Shown in pieces: positions 40,171 to 48,510 of a stretch of DNA of 48,510 nt. The position numbers and the translations under genes were made by a program. The stretch is from assembly GCA_036172245.1 (NCBI GenBank), contig JAYWIR010000117.1, forward strand, positions 62,001 through 110,510. The letters run 5' to 3'. The DNA comes from Raillietiella orientalis. Taxonomy: Eukaryota. The notes beneath the pieces are model-generated. The model worked only from the letters and a program-made list of their open reading frames with translations, was not told the origin of the DNA and did not search any database. The first letter of the stretch is position 1. Every line of letters begins with the position of its first letter.

Positions 40171-40457
40171 CTTTTTCATTTCAAATCTACATGTTTAGTT
40201 GAGTGGATGCAATTATTAGTATGTTAAGTGACTGATAACTTAATAAAAATGCATTTTTCAGTTTGAAGTATTTTTGCAATTAGAAGAAAGCACATGGTCA
40301 TGCACTGCAATATGTAGTCTTCATCATAGAAAGTTTACTTGTTTATTATTTCTTTTTTTGGATTACAATTCAGCAATGCATTTAATAATAATCTGAAAAT
40401 GACAAACATTCAACAAAGAGGATATACCTTTTTTTAATGTCAAAATAATCAGAAATC

Positions 40458-41240
40458 TTAAACACCTTTATACAAACAAGATTTCTTAATGATGGTGCAT
40501 GATTTGAAAATTGCAAATGAAATCGTTAAACTATTGGAAGTGGCAAGTGCATATCCCCACCACTGTATTATTTCACCTATTTGAAAACTGAGACCAACCA
40601 GCTGCAATGCACCATTTGCTGATGGGTTCCAAATGTTTTCCTGGTTTTTTAAATACAGAACATTATAATAAATATTGATCTGCATGCCAAGGATAAACAT
40701 TATTACACCTTAAATAGAAGTGTATGAGAAGAAATTAGGAAGTGATTTCTTACCAAGAAGAAATTTCACATTCATAACCCAGTCTACAGGATATATACTC
40801 GTGTTGATTAGATAAGAACTTTGGAAAAAGCTATTTATACAGCAAAACAAAAAGATAACACAACTAGTTCCTAATTTTGCCTTTTTTTCCCCTGGTAATA
40901 GATGGATCAAACACCTATGTGTGACATTAACAGAACATAATGGTCAGAAAATGGATCAATAACAATTTTTCACAAACCTATGAAAATGGTGAAATGCGAA
41001 TAAAACCACCAGAAATTTATTCATGTAACTGCTGCGTTCATTGTGACAACTCAGAGCAAACACAATTATTGGGACTATTAAGGGTGGAATTTCTTCCATG
41101 CATAGACCCAAATTCAATGGAAACACTATTTGAAACTTTGGATGTCTACAGTTAAGTTTCACGGAGTTTTTTGCAAGCAAATGACCAATCGCCAACGTTA
41201 ATAAAAAAAAGGGCCACCAAACAACTAAACCTGCGTGCAT
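40458..41240 (-). CDS. Diverged 3-oxo-5-alpha-steroid 4-dehydrogenase (SRD5A/TECR family)-like membrane protein; exons about 41240-40978, 40914-40754, 40708-40458 (both ends uncertain)
   Basis: Spliced product has family-like motifs in order: MEEIP (QELP), FAFHHFHRCLI (HYFHR), FCCINSFFQS, YPVDW..KFLLGVIMFILGMQINI, GEIIQWWGYALAT. The GT-AG introns preserve frame. Confidence 0.72.
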
Positions 41241-42949
41241 TGCTAGTGTGGTTATATGTATTCATGAAAACACGGAAAAAACAATGGTTTCTTAATCAAC
41301 TGCTCAACACATCTATGCAAATTTTTTTTACGTGCACGGCAACAATGCAATTGTTGAAGAACGCCGACATGTTGGAGCCCAGTTTGCAGGATCTTTCTTC
41401 ACAATGTAGCACAAGTTCAAAGAAACCTACAATTTCATTCATTTGCTGTATCCTAGCATACGCGGATGTTGGGTAACATTGCCTACGCTCCTGGCAGGCA
41501 TACAAGCCATCTGCAATGAATCCCAAACTTTGAAGAAAGCATGAGCACTTCCGGTTCCAATCTCCGGCGTAGGAACTGCACGCAGGGTCGTGTCGGTGCA
41601 TGGAAAAAAAATAAATCCGCATGGACTGATGAGTAATGCAGATCTTTTCAACAGCAATGTTCGGGAAACCTTCGAACGCCCACGTGAGTTCTTCAATTCA
41701 GAGACGTAAACGTGCTGCTTCCGAGTTCAAACAGCAACTCCTTTTCCCTCGTGTTGCATCGAACATCGGAAATCCGCAACATGGTCTAACCTCTGTAAGA
41801 CTAAAATGTGCCAATAAACATTTGCATGTATTCTAAATGCAAGGAAAAAGTTTATGGAGCATCTATGATCACTAGTAAGGCGTTTTATGTTTCGATATTA
41901 GGATGCAAATTTTAAATCTTCCTTTTTTCTATTTGCAAAAATTTCCTTTGATGAAATTATAAACATTGCTCTTGACAAGACATGCTTCCCAAGACATTGG
42001 AAGACGAAGTGCAAAAAAACATATGGAGAAATGCTCGTTTCATTAAATCTGAAAAGAACATCACGAATTCGCAACAAACGTGCAGATGTTACACATCAGC
42101 TCAACTTACATCAAGGAAATAATTGGTTTTCCTTGCATGTACTTGGGTTCCACATCACGCAAAAGTTGAGTGCAAAGATGAAATAGTATTCAAAAAGAAG
42201 GAAAACTGTTGTGGAAATAATATTAGCTATCTCGAAAAGTGGAATCTTTAGGAACAGCCGTTTAAAAAAAAAATCGACAAACTAAGTTTTTTCTAGATGC
42301 AAGAATAAATAACAGATTTTCACACGATTCGATCTTAAAAGTAGAGACAGATGGGAGGAAGGCCTCCGGAAGGGAGAAATTTTCCTCCATCTTCATGAGA
42401 AAACGGAGAAAAATTTTAAATTTGAGCACAGAGAGTGCACATAGGAGAAAGCCATGAGTGAAAAAGGTAAATAGCGTAGTCGTGCTGCACGTTTGCACTT
42501 TCTGAAACAATTATTTATCGATATGAGAAATTTAGGAGATGTTGCTTTTAGAGAGAAAAAAAAATTGAAGGTTTCGCAAAACTTAAAACTTTGTGAGAAA
42601 AACCAAGATTGCAAAATTCTATCCACTTTGCAGCACGGCATCGATTTGGCTGCCGATATGTGGTATGCATGTGAACAAAAGTATATGTAAATAGAAACCA
42701 CATAACAGTGTATTTCTAAGATAAAGACACTAGTTGAAAAATTCAGTAGGATGATGTTGTTTGTTATTGCCATTGATGTAATGACCTAATTAAATTCACA
42801 ACGTAGAAACTGTCATTCAAAGATTTTTCCCGACGCACCTCCATCTTTGAAAAGTTTAAAAACCGTTTTTTAAAACTTTCCAAAATGAAATTAATAAAAA
42901 TCATCTCAAAACCTAATTCTAATGATAAGTGAGGCAGTCAGAGCATTCC

Positions 42950-44390
42950 GCGAAGACCACCTAGAGAAAGACTATCGATGGTGAATTTAGAGTCTAATGA
43001 TGGACAGATTCCTGTGGTTAAACATCATTAATCGCAGTTCGTCATCAGATCATTTAAGAGCTCACTCATTGATGGAATTCTCATCCTTTTCTGTGGAATC
43101 TTCCTCCTCGATCTAGGGGGGTTAATAACAGGATGCATAATAATTATGCTCCAGCTTTGATTCCCGGAGGTCAATTCAGGTAGCCTCTTTTGTCTCTTTT
43201 TCAGCTGATTCGTTTAAAGCTGCTCGAGAGCGAGTTACGGGAGCCACTTTGTAAGAGACCATTTCAGTAACCTAGGAAAGTCACTATCTCCATAATAGTT
43301 GAATGGATCTATTCTTCCCTTAGAAGATGGGCAAATAAACAGATGATTGAAAGAATCTACTCTTATCCTAGCTTTCTACTGAACCTATGCCTTCCACCAT
43401 AGTCGCTGCTGGATCTTTAGAGGAGAACTTGGGCAAATCTTTAGGCATAAAACTAAATTACTGTGGAAAAAACTCAAGAATTCTTCCATAATTCGATTGT
43501 TGTTTTGGCTAGCTCAGAACGGGAATCAAGAAGTCCGCTCATCATGATCAATTTTGGATTTTTTGATTTTTTTCTTTATTTCTTCAATTTTGTTGATCAT
43601 CTTTGAGTTGTCAGATTTTAGTGTTCCACTTTCACGGCACGCACACTGACACCCGTCACTGAACACTATAGAGTTTTCCCAGGTCCAACCAAAAGCATTT
43701 ACTATTAAAGTGAATGTTGTAGTCGCAAGACCATCTTTCGAGCAGACGGAAATTTTACACTGCTTCTGATTTCGGACGAGTCCTTCACCTTCACGATTAG
43801 TTACCCGAAGTTGCGATCTGCTAGGAGCAGATCCGGACAAAATCACGGTCATTCCTATGAGTTGCAAATCTTTCTTTGGATAGCAGTGTGGGGTTCTCAA
43901 AATCCTTCCTTTAACATTTATGCAGTAAGCCAAAGAAGAAATGTATTCATAATTCCAGGAGACACTGTTCCGGCATTGTTGGTGGTAGCTCCTAGAACTG
44001 AAATTTCAGGACAAGTCCTTTCGAGGATGTACATACTATCAAAGTCTCCTAATTATAAACTATATGCTGACTCAACCTTACATACTTTCAAGGCTTTATT
44101 TCCTTAGAACATTTTGGTTTCAGGTAAATAAGATTCTTGAGGGAAAACCTGAAATCTTCTATATCTGCAGCATAAACGATGAGGATGAGGGAGAAAGAAG
44201 TTTACCAAAGTAACGAGCAGCCACTTGGTTTTCTTATAAAGCGCGGAAGAAGCTTTAACATTCGACACAGATGCAACGTAGGATTCATAACATTCTTCGA
44301 GAGTGTGAGGAAAGGAGCGTGCACTCTCCATATTTTAGTAAGACACATCTAAAGCAGGAATCCTCATCTTTCGGTGAGGAACTGTTCTCT
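42950..44390 (-). pseudogene. Candidate endogenous viral element: orthomyxovirus-like nucleoprotein, frameshifted
   Basis: ~1.45 kb intronless coding-like tract. Ordered motifs KWLLVTLVNFFL, YILERTCPE, GLVRNQKQCK/FP, VFSDG, SRSEL, FMPKDLPKFSSKDPAATMVEGIG, FQSSVYLPIF*GKNR resemble by eye quaranja/influenza NP (e.g. GQISxQPTFSVQR). No search run. Confidence 0.4.
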
Positions 44391-44649
44391 GAATTCAAGG
44401 GTGAGAAATAGGAAAGGCAAAGCTCACCCTCTAAAAAAAAAAAAAGTGATTCGTTGCTTAAAACCTTTTTCTTCTTTTTAAAGCAAATCCATCATTATTT
44501 TGTTTCTAATGGTAGATTTCACTGTTCATTCATGGGCATAAAATGTTACATGTACACTCATGCATATATAAGTCATCTGCATGATATGATATGCCATATT
44601 TTCAATTCACTTTCTCCATTTAGCAACCAGTTATCAAATTAAAGTCATT

Positions 44650-47450
44650 TCTTAGTTGGAGCTGGAGACACAAACACTTTCCAAAGAGCTTCTGCCTGAG
44701 TTCCGTTTACAGAGTTTTTTCAAACTGGATTTTGCACTAAAAACAGCCATCGTGAAGAGTGGAAAGAAAAAATTCGAATCAAATGCCAAGTCGATTTGAA
44801 ACCCAAAGTAGATGAAACTATTAAAACACATGAAAACTTTCTTCTAACCTACAATATTTCAAGCAAGTTTGGAGTAAAGATATGTGATTCATGATAACAC
44901 TGCTCCAACCTGTCTTAGAAAAAGTTCCGTATTTCAAGAATCTTTTCATAAATACAAAGAAAATCATCTCACCAGTTTTCACCAGACTGACGATCAAGCA
45001 GATTATCTGAAAATCGTTCCAAAACCATGAACATGCCAATGAAGGAGCGGAAAAGACATGCTCTCTTGCGCGATGTTTCCTCTTGAATGCTCCTGTATTT
45101 TCATGGAAGACCAACGAGGGACTTCTGTAACTTTCAAAGAATTGGCAGTGCTGCCCCTGGAATCAACAGATGCATGTTTCTCTTCGAACGCGTAACCTCA
45201 TCCGTCCCGTTTTTCCAGCAGGAGTTCCTGATGCTTACTTTTCCAAAAGCAGTACAATGTTTGAATTGATCTAGGAATTCCACCTCAACTACTGGAAAGT
45301 GTCGCTCAAAATTGCTTTAGTTCCAAGGTACGAGTTACCCATTTACTTGATGCGTTGCCGCCTGCAGGAAGCGTAGCCACGAAATAGAGAAAGCAAAGAT
45401 CGTGCACTCTCGATATTTTGACAGTTTCTTCATTGAAACGTCCTATTGCGCGAGTCGAACATGCAACACGTGCCTTCATTGTCGGTGGTTAGATTATGCA
45501 CCCAAATTAGGAATTTAAAAGAGTTGATACCGGCATTTATGTCGTCGATATTGGTGGCGCCAGGTAGCGAAGCTTTCAGAGCGAATGCACAAGGATGGAC
45601 TTGAAAGTTGTGCAAGTCAGAACGAACTTGTGTGCAAACGTTGCAAACACTTGTGATGAGCCCAATACTTTCGGTAAACAGTTGATGAGAAGCATCAGGT
45701 ATGTAAAGACCCAACGTGAGAAATGATTCCCTTCAGACATTGAGGAAAAAAATTGCGACCCTCCACCATTAGCAGGAGACAACGGGAGGAGAGCAAGGTA
45801 AGATTTTCAGATTATGTTGTTGTGCTTGCTGGGAGCAAAATGGGAAATCATGCACTTCGAAGAAAATGGAAACCAGAGCTTCGAAAGGAGATCCTGTTGA
45901 AATTCGTTATCAAACCATGGATGCGAAAGCGATGGCATCATGAGGAAGATGTGCACTCATACGCAATGGAGCCTGACTGTGGGGAAGTCCGGTGATTGGA
46001 ATCTTTAGACGATGTTTTCTTCCAGCTTCTGTCTGTTTCAAGTATGCTGAGTTTCTGCAAGATGGATTGCTACTCCTGAAAGCGTGCCTGTTACCAAATT
46101 GCGGTTTCAGCCAGAGGGGATCGTAGGGAAACGAGAGATTGATTCTCTGAAAAACTTGGCACAATAACAGCAAAGGAAGGGCTCATCGATGTACGTGAGT
46201 GTCGATAGAAGAATGGTCGCGGTTGCACTTGAATCTTTTATATGGAGGGAAGGATTTGATTTTCTGTGTTATAAGTTTTTCTGCACGTCGAGACCTCTTC
46301 GGGAGTTACGAAAACTGTTCCCTGTTCCAAGCAGCACTTCTGGAATAGACAATCGGGAATTTGCAGAGAGAACGCAAACCGATGATCGCATCTTTAGTTC
46401 GTGTACTGCTTGTTGCTTTGTAATACTTCGTCGACAGGAAAAAATAGGGATACCTGCTGTCTTGCCAATGGGCTGGAGAGGCATTTTCCAAGGCAAAGAG
46501 TAACTACAGAACGTGCGAAAAATGGGAAACGAAACTGTTGAATAGAAATTCAGGAAAGCTGAGGGAACTGAATGGGAAATGATTATGAAACGCGTGCAAT
46601 TGCTTCCCATTTCCAAGTAATCATCATGCATGCCATTTCGATGCTTCTACACTTTTCGAATGAGTTTCAGGAGCATCGGAAATATGCACAGCACCCAGCA
46701 TAACAGTAGGAATGGCTTTCGGAAGAATAATGAGGAAACGATTGGAGAGAGGATACAGCAGAGACTGGAAGAAGGGAAATGGGAAAGCAGAATAGCAAGC
46801 AACTGGTACGGCAGAAATCACGGATCGAAGGCTCCTTTCATTTCGGTCTGGTTATTCTGCGGAAAGATGTGACGGTTTTACGTATCCGAAGAGTTTACGG
46901 TTTTACATATCCAGGCTGGATTGCAGGCGAGAATCCGGTCGTTTGTTCTTTTTGCACACACATTCATGGTAACTGCGGTAGACATGCATAAAACTTTCGA
47001 ACATAGCTATTCATATTTCCATGCTGAGAATGATCTACATGCTGGAAATGATCGAACCTCAAAGCAGATATGAACATAAACACATTTTTCTGATAAAAAA
47101 CGTAGAAAAACGTGGGCATAGTATATCTACATGCAAAAACAGCAGGATGTCCTGTTTTTACTTCAGCGGGAACACGAATGTGTTCATGCACAGATCAGAA
47201 ACAAGTTTGTCGGAGACCCGTCTAAGCAGATCAGTCCATCGAAGCGGTCCCTTCGCCCTACGAAGTGGAGTGGCTTAGTTCGCCAGGTCACTCGCCTTCG
47301 AGTCAGTCGTACAGGCGCTCCGTTTTTCGTGCAACGTTGCATCGCGACTCCCATCTCGCCGGTACACAGCTATTGCCACTTTTTCTTTGGGCAGACAGGG
47401 CTGCAATAAAAGGTGTGACGCTCACTCGTGTCCGCGGCTTGCAGGACTTC
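44650..47450 (+). pseudogene. Candidate endogenous viral element: orthomyxovirus-like polymerase subunit PB2, frameshifted
   Basis: Ordered motifs across frames: LIRPVFPAGVPDAYF..HLNYWKV (45197-), GDPVEIRYQTMDAKAM / IMRKMCTHTQWSLTVGKSG (45887-45994; cf. influenza EEFTMVGRRATAILRK..LIVSGR), LSVSSMLSFCKMDC (cf. IIVAMVFSQEDC), RSGYS, CFYFSGNTNVF (cf. VFNYNKATKRL), FFFGQ (cf. VLIGQ). By-eye comparison only; motif spacing is longer than in influenza PB2. Confidence 0.4.
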
Positions 47451-47499
47451 TATTCCTGGCAGGATGTAAAACAAGCGCCCGGAATAGAAGAGTTGCCAA

Positions 47500-48510
47500 C
47501 CAAGAGTTGCCGGACTCGCTCTTGCGGTTGCCCAAGAGACAAATACCTCCTAACGCCCTGCATTCGAGTTCATTGCTCGAGAGAAGAACCCAGAGTAGGC
47601 TTCCAGCAACAAGGCAATTTGTTTCAGCATCAGGCCCAATCCGCAATGCGGTTTCGCGAGTGCGGAAGCAGCGACAACAGTCTTCCACTGACAGCCGAAC
47701 GCTGCAGAATTAGGCAAGCAGCCGTAGACCACGGGTAAGTTTGCAACTTAGCTCTTTGTTAGCGTACGGTGTATCGCAGCGTGTTGATCAGCCTGCGCAT
47801 ATGACAGAAACGGCTGCGGTAAGCAGCGAGGCTACTAAGCCGGACATGCTGCTCCATTCTTTCAGGGTGTCATTCAGAAGCAAGAACAGGTAGCTTCGCA
47901 AAGGACGAAGACTTTCCAGGCGCGAACCTCCAGGTGGTCAAGTCGAATCCTGACTGCATTCCGCAACCAGGCGTACCAGTTTAATAGGCAGCAGACGACA
48001 CGCCGGTTGTCCTCCCTAAACCCCAGCACGGCTACGGGTGAACCTTATGAAGGCTTACTTCGGAGGCATTGTGACTGCCAAGGTCTCCGTGCACAGTCAC
48101 AAGGGCATAAAATTCAAATTCGCGAAAGGAAGGAATCGATGCAGAAAAAAGGAGCGCGCCGTAAGTTCCTGTTTAACGCGAACGATGAAACTGGTGGGCG
48201 CGTCTTCGAGTGGAGAGCCAGTAGCCGATGTCACCAATGAGTGTCAATGATTAAGAAAGCATGAGGACGTGGGTCATGGAAGTACACACTCTGGGAACCT
48301 TCTAGGTGACTGAATCAAATAGTACCCTTTACATTGGGGTACCTCTGAGGTTGTGCAAGGGAGCCGTAACTTTTCCCTTGTGGATAGAACCTATGTATAA
48401 TGCAATGGAGCTCCTGGGATGATGGAAACACTGCAAGGTACAAAGAAGCGTGCCATTCCCTTCGGAGGCCGCTCTTCTCAAAAAGATGGAAAGGACTTCT
48501 TTGTGTTATC
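47500..48510 (+). pseudogene. Candidate second orthomyxovirus-like nucleoprotein EVE, running off the window end
   Basis: Ordered motifs FVSASGPI, LSSLLAYGVSQR, FQARTSRWSSRILTAF, MRTWVMEVHTLGTF* (48261-48305; cf. influenza QLVWMACHSAAFEDL), MMETLQGTKKRAIPFGGR (48419-48470). Frameshifted; by-eye comparison only. Confidence 0.35.

Noticed and set aside
41296..41836. Overlapping 66-108 aa ORFs upstream of the SRD5A-like gene
   Set aside because: No recognisable domain; may be UTR or decayed repeat.

Overview
Eukaryotic, probably arthropod-like invertebrate, nuclear DNA with very short introns (mostly 40-56 nt). Four spliced host genes can be reconstructed by hand: CCT2 (+, 7176-9445, with one GC-AG intron), ALKBH6 (-, 27944-25659), FBXO28 (+, 38952-40170) and a strongly diverged steroid 5-alpha-reductase-like gene (-, about 41240-40458). 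Between CCT2 and ALKBH6 lies a ~15 kb block of nested non-LTR retrotransposon relics (L1/Tx1-type zf-RVT ends, a NeSL/Utopia-type RLE element, an ORF1-only element) containing a cox1 NUMT. A decayed ~5 kb Helentron (HUH Rep + PIF1 helicase + AP endonuclease) sits just upstream of ALKBH6. The last ~5.6 kb (42.9-48.5 kb) is intronless, frameshifted, coding-like DNA. By-eye motif comparison suggests a cluster of endogenised orthomyxovirus-like (quaranja/thogoto-type) segments: NP(-), PB2(+), NP(+). That call is the most interesting one here, but it is an inference from remembered motifs and needs a profile search.
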